This document shows, piece after piece, positions 1 through 8,814 of a stretch of DNA of 64,000 nucleotides. Below the pieces are notes generated by a model that saw only the letters and a list, made by a program, of their open reading frames with translations, searched no databases and was not told where the DNA came from. Source of the stretch: a virus; IMG/VR virus record IMGVR_UViG_3300021138_000016, positions 14,143 through 78,142 of that record. One strand, 5' to 3'. A program made the translations under genes and the position numbers. Position 1 is the first letter of the stretch; the number at the start of each line of letters is the position of its first letter.

Positions 1-391
1 AAGGTATCTTTATTCTAGTGGTTAATCTTTCGGTTATTATGTCCTCTATTGATTTTAAAATGTCGCTTTCTTGTGTTTGTTCGCATTTTACGAATATGGA
101 AGCATCTTTAGTTTTCCACCAGTAATGCGTGACCCTTTCTGGCGGCAATCCGTCTCTTTCGCACTCATTAACTAAGGCTTGGTGTTTTTCTTCTGTCTTT
201 CTTTGCCTATACCCTTCTTCTAACTTAGGCAGTTTGCCCTCTTTGCGAAGTTCCATTACTTGTTTAACAATGTAATTCTTAGTACTCTTAAACCGTTTCG
301 CAATACTATCGTAGCTTTCATCTTGGTGCGATAAAAAGTACTCCTTTATCTGTTCTGTCTTTGTTTTACTTTTTTCTTCGGTGTTAGGCAT
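1..391 (-). CDS. Partial CDS running off the window edge; possibly the N-terminus of a phage metallophosphoesterase-like protein
   Basis: Hand-translated from ATG at 391: MPNTEEKSK...VTHYWWKTKDASIFVK..., open to the edge and absent from the ORF track. Function is a weak recollection. Confidence 0.55.
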   Translation of the reverse strand, partial: MPNTEEKSKTKTEQIKEYFLSHQDESYDSIAKRFKSTKNYIVKQVMELRKEGKLPKLEEGYRQRKTEEKHQALVNECERDGLPPERVTHYWWKTKDASIFVKCEQTQESDILKSIEDIITERLTTRIKIP

Positions 392-443
392 ATTTTCTTT
401 TTAATTAAGCGTAACGGCTCAAATATTATCGGGGGTGTGGGCA

Positions 444-977
444 TTATACAAACAGTTTTTTAGCTTGTGAGTACATACTATTAAAGTCGCTTATCTCTAT
501 TGCAGTAGGCTTATAGTTCTTATCACCATACACCCATAAATCTTCGTAGGCTTGGCAGAAATTAGCTTCGGTTACATCGGTAAAAGATACATAAGGACTG
601 TTAATTTTTCCGCCTACATAAAGCCCTCTAGTGGCAATTTCATCACTAAGAATATCTACACTAGCTTTCCAACTATCAAAACATAAAAAACCCCTTGATT
701 TGCCCGTAAGGTTTTCATTTTCGATGCAGTAGCCTGTGAAATGAACGCTGTATTTGTTTGGGAATTTGTCTCCATCGCTTTGTAAGCCAATATAGTTGTT
801 TTGCACCCCTGCCGTTCCATTTGCGCCCTCATTCCTAAATATTAAGTAAGTAGCCCTTTTAACTTCTAACGGTACTTCTAGTGTCTTTATATAAGCAATA
901 ACACTATCCATATCAATAGAAGTCTTTTTATATGGTAGTTGTGGTAGTAGTGGGTATGCTTTGTTGTATTGTGTCAT
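444..977 (-). CDS. Putative endolysin (glucosaminidase/lysozyme-like, GH73-type)
   Basis: RNEG...NNYIGLQ...FLCFDSWKASV resembles the GH73 pattern E...NNLFGIK...F..Y.SW.ES. Lies near holin and spanin candidates. Confidence 0.6.
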   Translation of the reverse strand: MTQYNKAYPLLPQLPYKKTSIDMDSVIAYIKTLEVPLEVKRATYLIFRNEGANGTAGVQNNYIGLQSDGDKFPNKYSVHFTGYCIENENLTGKSRGFLCFDSWKASVDILSDEIATRGLYVGGKINSPYVSFTDVTEANFCQAYEDLWVYGDKNYKPTAIEISDFNSMYSQAKKLFV

Positions 978-1186
978 AACGCTTCAATTTCTAATTTAAC
1001 TTGTTTCCAATATTGATTATGACCAGAGTGTATTTCTTTATCATTTGTAAGATAAATACTAGGCACTTGGTTATAAACCTCTTCTACTGCAATATAAGCC
1101 ATAGTTTTTGCGTGACCTATAAACATACCCTTTTCGATATTAAGAAACTTATCTACTAACTCCTTAGCTTTTTCTTTCGGTGTCAT
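974..1186 (-). CDS. Hypothetical phage protein
   Basis: 70 aa, ATGA-coupled to neighbours. The MTPKEKAKELV N-terminus is common in Bacteroidota phages. Confidence 0.7.
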   Translation of the reverse strand: MTPKEKAKELVDKFLNIEKGMFIGHAKTMAYIAVEEVYNQVPSIYLTNDKEIHSGHNQYWKQVKLEIEAL

Positions 1187-1371
1187 ACTATAAAAATTGT
1201 ATTTATTAAATGAGTAAAAAAGTCGTTATCTTGTTTAATTTTCTGCTTTACTTGTTCTTTCTTCCTCAATACCTTATCTACATAAACATCTTTGCTTTGT
1301 AATATCTCATCGCTTTCAACTTCAACCATTACTTTCTTTTCGCCTACTTGTATTACTATTTTATAAGTCAT
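1183..1371 (-). CDS. Hypothetical protein
   Basis: 62-aa ORF with ATGA overlaps on both sides. Confidence 0.6.
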   Translation of the reverse strand: MTYKIVIQVGEKKVMVEVESDEILQSKDVYVDKVLRKKEQVKQKIKQDNDFFTHLINTIFIV

Positions 1372-1886
1372 AATCTAGGTTTTACAATATACAATACCAA
1401 CGCAATTACTATCGCTGCAATCAATAGCCAAAAGTACAACTCCCACCTACTAGCATCTTTTTCGTTTGATGCTGCTTGTAATCGGCTATCTGTTACCGCT
1501 TGGTTAAGTATTGCTATCTGCTTATCCTTATCCTCAATTTGCGATTTAAGTATGGATAGTTGTTGATTATCTACTATCGTATCTTTATCGTGAATGTGAA
1601 TAGTATTAGTGTGGGTTATTGTAGTTGTATCGTGTATGTAATTGCCTACTGTATCATGACAAGTAACTATAGATGTATCGTGTAAATAGCTTGTATCGCT
1701 ACTATGCGATATCACCTTATTATCGCAAGGGTGTAAGCTAGTGTACACTTTCCCAACCGTATCGAATAACGGTTCTTTAGTAAGCACCTTCTGTAGTGCT
1801 GTACGGTCGGACATACAACCTATAAAAACGTTGCCCCAAATAATAAAGTTAAATAACCATAATAATATTACTGTTGATTTTTTCAT
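1368..1886 (-). CDS. Putative unimolecular spanin (u-spanin)
   Basis: N-terminal lipoprotein signal ending FIGC, Thr-rich/coiled periplasmic region, C-terminal TM (YFWLLIAAIVIALVLYIV); near the endolysin. Confidence 0.7.
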   Translation of the reverse strand: MKKSTVILLWLFNFIIWGNVFIGCMSDRTALQKVLTKEPLFDTVGKVYTSLHPCDNKVISHSSDTSYLHDTSIVTCHDTVGNYIHDTTTITHTNTIHIHDKDTIVDNQQLSILKSQIEDKDKQIAILNQAVTDSRLQAASNEKDASRWELYFWLLIAAIVIALVLYIVKPRL

Positions 1887-1937
1887 TTGTATTTATTTTA
1901 ATAACCGTATAAAACTTCTAGTGTGTTGTTGAAGTGC

Positions 1938-2138
1938 CTAAAATGGTGCTATTATTATGAGCAATAAAAACAATGTTAATAGTACTAAGTATGATATTGG
2001 GTTATATTTATTCAACCCCTTTGTAGAATAACTTTTTAAGCCAGTGTTAGGGTCTTCGTAAGGCGGCTTACCATCCGACTTAATCACTTTTAATTTTATC
2101 AATATAAAAGCAAGTAAAAGTTTTATTTTGTTACTCAT
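1938..2138 (-). CDS. Small membrane protein
   Basis: Hydrophobic C-terminal segment; in lysis region. Confidence 0.55.
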   Translation of the reverse strand: MSNKIKLLLAFILIKLKVIKSDGKPPYEDPNTGLKSYSTKGLNKYNPISYLVLLTLFLLLIIIAPF

Positions 2139-2338
2139 TTTCTTTTCATTTTAATTAAATCAGAATCAGATAATTGTAAATCGTGAATATCATCTTTAGT
2201 TAATCCACTTATATTGCAATAAAAATTAGCAGGGTATTTTATCACAACTGTACACCCCACCAACGCCCCTAACATAGCCAAAAAGACTATCATTATGAAT
2301 AAGTAGTTGTAGCCTTCGGTGTGTTGTTTATGGTGCAT
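2135..2338 (-). CDS. Small membrane protein or lipoprotein
   Basis: Hydrophobic stretch ending in lipobox-like LVGC. Confidence 0.55.
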   Translation of the reverse strand: MHHKQHTEGYNYLFIMIVFLAMLGALVGCTVVIKYPANFYCNISGLTKDDIHDLQLSDSDLIKMKRK

Positions 2339-2343
2339 ATTAC

Positions 2344-2427
2344 TTAAATTTTAAACATAACCCAACCCACGACACAAACTATCGCTGTAAGGATTACTTC
2401 TTTAGTGAGGAATAGTAGATGTTTCAT
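2344..2427 (-). CDS. 27-aa single-TM peptide (not in ORF track)
   Basis: MKHLLFLTKEVILTAIVCVVGWVMFKI*, with A-rich upstream sequence. Confidence 0.45.
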   Translation of the reverse strand: MKHLLFLTKEVILTAIVCVVGWVMFKI

Positions 2428-2439
2428 TTTTTCTAATTT

Positions 2440-2477
2440 TAAAAGTACCCTCTATCGTTCTTGTGTTAGATAGAGGG
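2440..2477 (-). terminator. Putative intrinsic terminator
   Basis: Stem ccctctatc (2448-2456) / gatagaggg (2469-2477), followed by TACTTTT on the minus strand. Confidence 0.5.
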
Positions 2478-2645
2478 CGTTAAGTGTGTCTCGGACACTA
2501 GCCCCGTATGATTTGAGGGCGAACTTGGGGCAATGTAGCCGCAATGATGTTAAAAATGTGGGTCTCTGGAAACGTTATAACACTGCTTAGGTGCGTATGC
2601 GTTGTGCAATCCTTTTATGCCACATTCATTTACTTGCACCATAAT

Positions 2646-2903
2646 TTACTTTGAAGGCTCACTCGTAAGTACTTGCCCGTTGCTATTTGTAATAAACTGC
2701 TTTAACACATAAGAAGCCCCCACCGTCAAAGCTGTATGCTCAACACTATGCCAATCAATATTAAATGTACCTGCGTTAATTGACGTGTAAACAATACTAC
2801 CCACCGAACCTATTACGGCAGCTATTAATCCGTGAATAAAATCTTTAACCCTTACCGAATATAAACCGCTAACCTGATTTGCGAAAAAACTTTGTAAACT
2901 CAT
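2646..2903 (-). CDS. Putative holin
   Basis: 85 aa with two hydrophobic segments, in the lysis cassette. Confidence 0.55.
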   Translation of the reverse strand: MSLQSFFANQVSGLYSVRVKDFIHGLIAAVIGSVGSIVYTSINAGTFNIDWHSVEHTALTVGASYVLKQFITNSNGQVLTSEPSK

Positions 2904-2907
2904 TTTA

Positions 2908-3186
2908 TTAATATTTAAGTGTTAATACTTTTACTACATTCATTTGAGCATCTAGTATGTCACCAAAAGCCTTATTGATAAGGATATTGCTAATTTCTGA
3001 ACGTTCACATCCACTTGTTTCGGTGTAAAGTAAATCAGCCAAATCGGCACAAAGCCTTTTAGCTTTACTAACTTTATCATCGTTGCTTGGATTAAAAGTT
3101 AATCCTACTAATTTTTCACCAAAAGTCCGAACAGTTTGGGGGTTTGTTGGTTCAGCCATTTCGAATTCTTTTTTTTCTGTAATCAT
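2908..3186 (-). CDS. Acb2/Tad1-like helical-hairpin protein (candidate immune-signal sponge)
   Basis: TFGEKLVGLTFNPS...AKRLCADLADLL...AFGDILDAQMNVVKVLT matches, from memory, the Acb2/Tad1 hairpin-domain family. Confidence 0.55.
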   Translation of the reverse strand: MITEKKEFEMAEPTNPQTVRTFGEKLVGLTFNPSNDDKVSKAKRLCADLADLLYTETSGCERSEISNILINKAFGDILDAQMNVVKVLTLKY

Positions 3187-3189
3187 TTC

Positions 3190-3279
3190 TTATCTTTTTT
3201 TATTGTTTAATGGATACGCCAATACGGCATAACCCATATACATAGACAAAACTACATAAATAAGTTTAATTATCCACAA
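3190..3279 (-). CDS. 29-aa hydrophobic peptide (TTG start; not in ORF track)
   Basis: (M)WIIKLIYVVLSMYMGYAVLAYPLNNKKR* fills the gap between genes. Confidence 0.35.
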   Translation of the reverse strand: MWIIKLIYVVLSMYMGYAVLAYPLNNKKR

Positions 3280-3290
3280 TTTATTTTATT

Positions 3291-3506
3291 TTAGTCTATT
3301 TCGGGGTTTTTCCCTTTCTTCACCAACTTTCTCATTTGATACCATTTATCAATAGTAAATGCCATCGTCAATAACCCCGTACCTATGGACACATAAACAA
3401 GTACATCACTTGCTGTTATTACTCCTGCTACACCTGATAAGTTGGTAATAACCCAACCTAGTAAACTGTACTTGCTATTGGTATTAGCTTCGTTTAAATG
3501 TTCCAT
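3291..3506 (-). CDS. Holin/antiholin-like membrane protein
   Basis: Two TM-like segments and a basic C-terminal tail. Confidence 0.5.
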   Translation of the reverse strand: MEHLNEANTNSKYSLLGWVITNLSGVAGVITASDVLVYVSIGTGLLTMAFTIDKWYQMRKLVKKGKNPEID

Positions 3507-3521
3507 AGTTAATTGATATTT

Positions 3522-3749
3522 TTATTTGAAGGTTAATTGAATATTTATTACTGCATCAATAGCACTCCTGTCCGCCACATATTTACTCGTCACTTCATCT
3601 GCTATAATTGCGAATTTGCCGTCAATAGTTTCTTTAATGTCTGTATATTGTTTTGTTACGTCAACGGCATCATTATCAATCCCTTCGCCTGTTGTTATAG
3701 CGTTATTTATTGCCGTAGCTTGTTCGATAGTGTCGTAGATAAAATACAT
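3522..3749 (-). CDS. Small acidic protein following the fibre genes (possible fibre chaperone or tip)
   Basis: 75 aa; function inferred from position only. Confidence 0.5.
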   Translation of the reverse strand: MYFIYDTIEQATAINNAITTGEGIDNDAVDVTKQYTDIKETIDGKFAIIADEVTSKYVADRSAIDAVINIQLTFK

Positions 3750-3750
3750 A

Positions 3751-4707
3751 TTAGTAGACTTTATAAAAGTTATTTACATTTCCTCCTATTGCAGTAGCGT
3801 TTGATATTTGATTGCTTTGCCATACTACAACTTCTTGGAAATATTCTGTACTGAAATTAGCTATTGCATTATCAGTTCCTAGTGCTATTGTTCCACCACC
3901 TGTTGATACATTTGCGGTATTATTTACAGTTATGGGAGCATTTGAACCGTTTAACTTCAAGGCATTTTCAGTACTATTTAATGAGCCAAACCAAATATTT
4001 TGAGAGTTATTAGTATAAATATGTGTTGGAGTTAATAATCTAGGGTTATTTGATGAAGGATAGCCATTGCCAAACATTAGAGTTCCACCTCCAACCCAAT
4101 CTTGGTAATTATTTTGAGCAGATGATATAAAAGATTTGAAACCTGTGCTTGGTGGATTTATACCAATAGAAAATTGATAATTATAACTATAAAACGCCCC
4201 TGTACTCCATTTATTAAACATTACACTACTAAAGGATAAAGATGTTGCAAAAGAACTAAAGCTTGTAGTTGATAATAAATAATTAGTTGAACCGTTAAAT
4301 ACCGCACAAACATTCCCATTTGTGTAGTTAATAACACCAGAAACAACTAGACTAGGTTGCGCTGTGGCTGTACTTTGCGATACATCATAGCCGCCGCCGC
4401 TTTGGTCATACCAAGTAGTTATAAAGCCGTTATTAACCCCAACGAAAGTCTTTAATGTGGCTGTGTCTAAATAGTTGTTTACAAAGCCGATATTACTTTC
4501 GGTGTTATCACTACTACGGCGAACTCTAATACAGTTACCTGCATAAGTACTTGATAGCTTTCTGAATGAGTAAGCAAAGCCTGTCGTTGGGTATAAGTCT
4601 AGTAAGAAAGAGTATTGGCTTAACGGCACATAATAACGGCTAGCATTGATTATTTGCCCTTTGCCAACAGTAGCAACTAATAGTAATATGATTAATAACC
4701 TATACAC
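3751..4707 (-). CDS. Signal-peptide-bearing lectin-like/receptor-binding protein (arabinofuranosidase-B-catalytic/ConA-like fold)
   Basis: YSFRKLSSTYAGNCIRVRRSSDN...GFITTWYDQSG motif; N-terminus MYRLLIILLLVATVGKG|Q. Confidence 0.65.
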   Translation of the reverse strand: MYRLLIILLLVATVGKGQIINASRYYVPLSQYSFLLDLYPTTGFAYSFRKLSSTYAGNCIRVRRSSDNTESNIGFVNNYLDTATLKTFVGVNNGFITTWYDQSGGGYDVSQSTATAQPSLVVSGVINYTNGNVCAVFNGSTNYLLSTTSFSSFATSLSFSSVMFNKWSTGAFYSYNYQFSIGINPPSTGFKSFISSAQNNYQDWVGGGTLMFGNGYPSSNNPRLLTPTHIYTNNSQNIWFGSLNSTENALKLNGSNAPITVNNTANVSTGGGTIALGTDNAIANFSTEYFQEVVVWQSNQISNATAIGGNVNNFYKVY

Positions 4708-7051
4708 GCTTCTTATATCCGATTAATGTTAAAGTAAAATAGGTAGGCTTAGTCGTAACTTTTGGTGTTTTAACCCACACCCAAGTATTAGGGGGTATTT
4801 TCATATTATCAAAGCTAGTAACACTATTTAGCCCATACAGACTGCTTATCGTACTTCCTGCTGTCACTAACTTATATCCGCCTGTTGTTTCAACTAATAA
4901 ACTATCATTTACCCATACAGTTGCTAACACACTAGCCGATGTCCCTTGCACCCCTCCTTGTATTCTTGTTATCACTAAAGTATCAGTTCCACTATTGAAG
5001 AATGAGCCATATACTGCCGATGTGCTGAATGCTGCCGTGTCCCCTGCCGCTGCTGAACCTGCACCAAAAGAAACTAATGTAATAGTGTCTGTGTTTAGTG
5101 TAACTGTTGATGGTAAATCTGCTGCTGTCGCTGCACTAACATTACCACTACCGTCCGCCTTTAATATCCCCGTTACACTACCTGCACCGCCTTTAGTACT
5201 GCCTATTACTGACCCGTTCCATGTAGCGTTGGTTATACTTGCCGCCCCTAGATTAAAAGTGTTTGTACTCCAACTTACCGCCGAAGGTGCGCTAAAATGA
5301 TAATCCCATGTACCCGCTGAACTGCCATTGCTTACCAATACAACATAGGCATAACCGCCCGAAGGGATGGATAAAACAGTTGTTCCAGAGTTATTGTTTA
5401 CGGTTACTGCTCCACTAGACTGATTGTTATTGAAACTAAAAGTACACCCATTGGGCAAAGTAGTTGCATCAGGTAACTGCACAACCTGCCCACCTGACCC
5501 TGTTATGTAATAGTTGGGGGTAGATAAAACGGTTAAAGTTATCTGTGTGCCGCTTGCCGCTACGTTACTAAAACCGCTATAAAACGTATTCGCCGCTACA
5601 TTACCACACGCTGTATCTACTGTTACACCGTTGGTATATCCCACATGGTTTGTGCCATTCCAATAAGTTAGGGGTACTTTCGAAGATGTGATAGTTGGGG
5701 AGTTGCCTGTGATGCTACCTGTGCCTTTGTTAGCGTTGAAGTAAGTAGGGGTAATGTATAAACTACTATCTTTTGCCATTAAGACTTGCCTAAAATATTG
5801 CCCCGAACCTATTTGAGCAAATAAACTACCATTATGAGTGCCTATCAAATTATAAGCAACGTTTCTGTTGGTGTCGGGCAATGATAAGTAATTAATAGGA
5901 TATATCGCACCTCCTGTTATGGCTGCGCTACTCGATGCGGTTACGTCACCTGCAAAATCAAAAGAAACGCCACTATTACTTAATGTGCCTGTTTTGCCGA
6001 AAGTCCAATAGTTAGTATTGTTATTCATTATTTTCAAGTCGTTATTATCCGTAGTACCCAATGTTGCAGTTGTGCCGAATGAGTTGCCGCCTTGTGAGAA
6101 ATAATTAGAAGCGTTTAAACTATCTTTAGGAACGTTACCGATTGCAACCAATAATGAACCGTTTGTATTATTAGCGGTTACTATACCTATTCTCATTGCA
6201 GGGTATAATGTAGAGGGGGTTGGTGATATTCCCCCGTTATCGCCTAGATAAACGTTTTGTCCTGCATTGTATATGCTTAAATTAAGCCCCGTTACTATCC
6301 CCCCGTTATAAACTATTCTTCCATATCCATTATTAGGGATGGAATCTAAAGATATTGCAAAAGGGGGGTATCTAGGATTACTACCTTTTGCTATTGCTAT
6401 ACTAGATGTTGAATCAAGGCAAACGGGTGTTAGTGGGGAAATCCCCGTCCCCGTATTTTTGGGACTAGCCCCTACTGTACTTAACCTACTTGAATTGCCA
6501 AGACTATCTATGTAGTAGGGTTCTGTAAAGCCATTATTAGTCTTTGAATAAACCGATATTCCGACACTAGGATTAGAAGGGTCTGTACTTAGTGGGGTAT
6601 AATTATTTTTGGTTGTTTTACCTATGTAATAATATGTCGTACCGCTAGGTGTATCTATTGAAAGATTTGCAGTATAGCTTAATGAATGAACACCATTATA
6701 AAATGGTATGTCTTGAATAACACCATTTCCCGTTATTACGTTAGAAGGTAGTGAGCCTAACTTAAAAGCATACCAATTGTCATTTATTAAAGTAGTTGAT
6801 TTTAATTGATAGGTAGTGTCTGTGTTTTTAACATAAACTAACATACCGTATTTTCTTTCTGCAAAGGGGATTGAATCCCTTTGACCCGTTGTTACTAATA
6901 CTCTGTAACCCCCTTTTACTAAACTATCGTATGTTACGCAGTAGTTTGTATCTGCTATTGCATTAGTAGATATTGGTGCTGTTATTTTTGTATTTTGGGC
7001 ATTAGCGTACCCTATTAATCCTAAAAACAATATAATAAATATCTTTCTCAT
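4700..7051 (-). CDS. Tail fibre-like protein with Sec signal peptide
   Basis: G/S/T/N-rich mosaic fibre-like sequence; N-terminus MRKIFIILFLGLIGYANA|Q; many D(S/T) motifs. Confidence 0.7.
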   Translation of the reverse strand: MRKIFIILFLGLIGYANAQNTKITAPISTNAIADTNYCVTYDSLVKGGYRVLVTTGQRDSIPFAERKYGMLVYVKNTDTTYQLKSTTLINDNWYAFKLGSLPSNVITGNGVIQDIPFYNGVHSLSYTANLSIDTPSGTTYYYIGKTTKNNYTPLSTDPSNPSVGISVYSKTNNGFTEPYYIDSLGNSSRLSTVGASPKNTGTGISPLTPVCLDSTSSIAIAKGSNPRYPPFAISLDSIPNNGYGRIVYNGGIVTGLNLSIYNAGQNVYLGDNGGISPTPSTLYPAMRIGIVTANNTNGSLLVAIGNVPKDSLNASNYFSQGGNSFGTTATLGTTDNNDLKIMNNNTNYWTFGKTGTLSNSGVSFDFAGDVTASSSAAITGGAIYPINYLSLPDTNRNVAYNLIGTHNGSLFAQIGSGQYFRQVLMAKDSSLYITPTYFNANKGTGSITGNSPTITSSKVPLTYWNGTNHVGYTNGVTVDTACGNVAANTFYSGFSNVAASGTQITLTVLSTPNYYITGSGGQVVQLPDATTLPNGCTFSFNNNQSSGAVTVNNNSGTTVLSIPSGGYAYVVLVSNGSSAGTWDYHFSAPSAVSWSTNTFNLGAASITNATWNGSVIGSTKGGAGSVTGILKADGSGNVSAATAADLPSTVTLNTDTITLVSFGAGSAAAGDTAAFSTSAVYGSFFNSGTDTLVITRIQGGVQGTSASVLATVWVNDSLLVETTGGYKLVTAGSTISSLYGLNSVTSFDNMKIPPNTWVWVKTPKVTTKPTYFTLTLIGYKKRV

Positions 7052-7058
7052 TTATACT

Positions 7059-8039
7059 TTAATAATGTAATGAATAACTTATAGCCCCTGTTGTCGTAAG
7101 AGGGGAAACTAATACTGTGTAATTAGCAATACCCCCACTTTGATTTGTGAAACTATTATATGGATTAGATATGTATGATACTTGAAGACCCCCTATATAT
7201 ACTAAAGGAGTTGTGATAGTAGATAGGAAAGCAAAAAAAACATACTTTGGACTTGAAGGGGCAGCTAAATTGCCTATCAACGGTGTGTTAAATATCGTAT
7301 TGCCCGTTGTATTTAAAAATGAATTTGCACCTGCATATAATTCAGAAGGTGTTGGCGTAGATGTAGAAGAATACCCTATATATATCTTGCTATAAGCATT
7401 AAAACTTGTTGTTGCTGTTGCTGATTTTCCGTCTGTAGTTAAAACAACGTTACTAAATGAAGTATTAGTATTATATGTTACTGTTACCCTTTGTGTGTCA
7501 CTGATTGTACAAGGGGGGGATGAACACCCTGTTGTTGATTTGCTAACCCCTGCTACTGTAATAGATGCAAAAGGGGATGTTGCTGCCACGTTTGTTCCTG
7601 CGGCTAACCTTCCTGCTGAATAATTTAAAGTAGGAGTGAATGTCCCCGCACTATGTAGTTCGTAATTACTTCCCCCCGTCAAAGTAGCAGTAGGGTTTTG
7701 TGTTTGTATCTTTACATACCCCAATAAGGTATCATTAAGTGCTGTATGGGTTACAAATAGGCTACTATCTACTGTTGATGAGTTTCGTTTCCATCCGAAA
7801 CCATTCCAAAACCATTTTGCTGTATCCACCCCTGCATTTGCAAAAATTATTTCTGTACCATAATAACGGGCTTTCATATTTGTATCCGTCCTTACTGCGG
7901 GGATATAGCCACTATCTGATTTTAAAAAAGCGTATTTTATCCAACTTGTAGAATTGGTTACGGGATTACCTTGTGGGAGTGATTGTGAAAATCCCCCTAA
8001 GACAAAAAAACAAGATATAAAACTAATTACTAATCGCAT
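7059..8039 (-). CDS. Fibre-like protein with Sec signal peptide
   Basis: N-terminus MRLVISFISCFFVLGGFS|Q; Thr/Ser-rich, beta-rich body. Confidence 0.6.
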   Translation of the reverse strand: MRLVISFISCFFVLGGFSQSLPQGNPVTNSTSWIKYAFLKSDSGYIPAVRTDTNMKARYYGTEIIFANAGVDTAKWFWNGFGWKRNSSTVDSSLFVTHTALNDTLLGYVKIQTQNPTATLTGGSNYELHSAGTFTPTLNYSAGRLAAGTNVAATSPFASITVAGVSKSTTGCSSPPCTISDTQRVTVTYNTNTSFSNVVLTTDGKSATATTSFNAYSKIYIGYSSTSTPTPSELYAGANSFLNTTGNTIFNTPLIGNLAAPSSPKYVFFAFLSTITTPLVYIGGLQVSYISNPYNSFTNQSGGIANYTVLVSPLTTTGAISYSLHY

Positions 8040-8511
8040 AATTTATCATTACTTTCATTCCATATTGTAATCCCAAGTTTTCTGTTGGGTTGTCAATGGA
8101 ATAGTTAAAGAAGTTTATTGTTACTGTATTGTTAGTGCCATATACTATTGTAATGTATATTTGATTCGTTACTGCTACGGGGTATATTGGTGTCCCTTCT
8201 ATTATTACTTTTACTGATTGTGGTATTATATTCTGTACGGGGTTATCTACTTCTTGACCTATTACATAAGTTACATCGCCACTATTCAAAACCCCGTCTA
8301 CGCCAACTATTGTATTCAATTCGGGAAATGTTATTGAAGAAATACAAGAAAGAATGTTTGATATACTTCTTAAAGCGTACATCCCTGCCCCTGCACCGCC
8401 TACCGCTCCACTAACAAGTATCATCTCACTTGGAGATGGGCATCCCGTTAGTACGGGCAACTGATTTATTTCAACAGAACATCCTGCCATTAGTTTAAAA
8501 GTAGGGCGCAT
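8023..8511 (-). CDS. Putative structural protein (fibre attachment/tail hub)
   Basis: Beta-rich, immediately upstream of the fibre genes, no signal peptide. Confidence 0.45.
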   Translation of the reverse strand: MRPTFKLMAGCSVEINQLPVLTGCPSPSEMILVSGAVGGAGAGMYALRSISNILSCISSITFPELNTIVGVDGVLNSGDVTYVIGQEVDNPVQNIIPQSVKVIIEGTPIYPVAVTNQIYITIVYGTNNTVTINFFNYSIDNPTENLGLQYGMKVMINYAISN

Positions 8512-8810
8512 CCATTTATTGTGGCTACGCAGTTATTGATTAATAAAGAACAAAATCCACTACAAGGGGCGCATATTGCATCTTTATAGGTGACAAAGTT
8601 AAGGAAAGAATTGAATTGTCGTGTACCAAATATATCTTCCCCCACTTTTACTAAAAAAACATTGGTTGCAACTATATCATCATTTATTGTATAACCCCTT
8701 ACAACAGAGTTACCAATAGGGGTTACAGAATAACAAGGCAATGATAATACTATGGGAAATTCTTGTATCGCCCCATTAACTGTATCTGCTATGATTTCTA
8801 TGTACTGCAT
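8490..8810 (-). CDS. Putative structural protein with Cys-rich C-terminus
   Basis: 106 aa ending CAPCSGFCSLLINNCVATINGC. Confidence 0.5.
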   Translation of the reverse strand: MQYIEIIADTVNGAIQEFPIVLSLPCYSVTPIGNSVVRGYTINDDIVATNVFLVKVGEDIFGTRQFNSFLNFVTYKDAICAPCSGFCSLLINNCVATINGCALLLN

Positions 8811-8814
8811 TGGT

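Noticed and set aside
2480-2560. tRNA or known self-cleaving ribozyme
   Set aside because: No cloverleaf or TTCGA arm, and no hammerhead CTGANGA/GAAA core recognised
3751-8039. Diversity-generating retroelement acting on the fibre genes
   Set aside because: No reverse transcriptase and no template/variable repeat pair seen in the window
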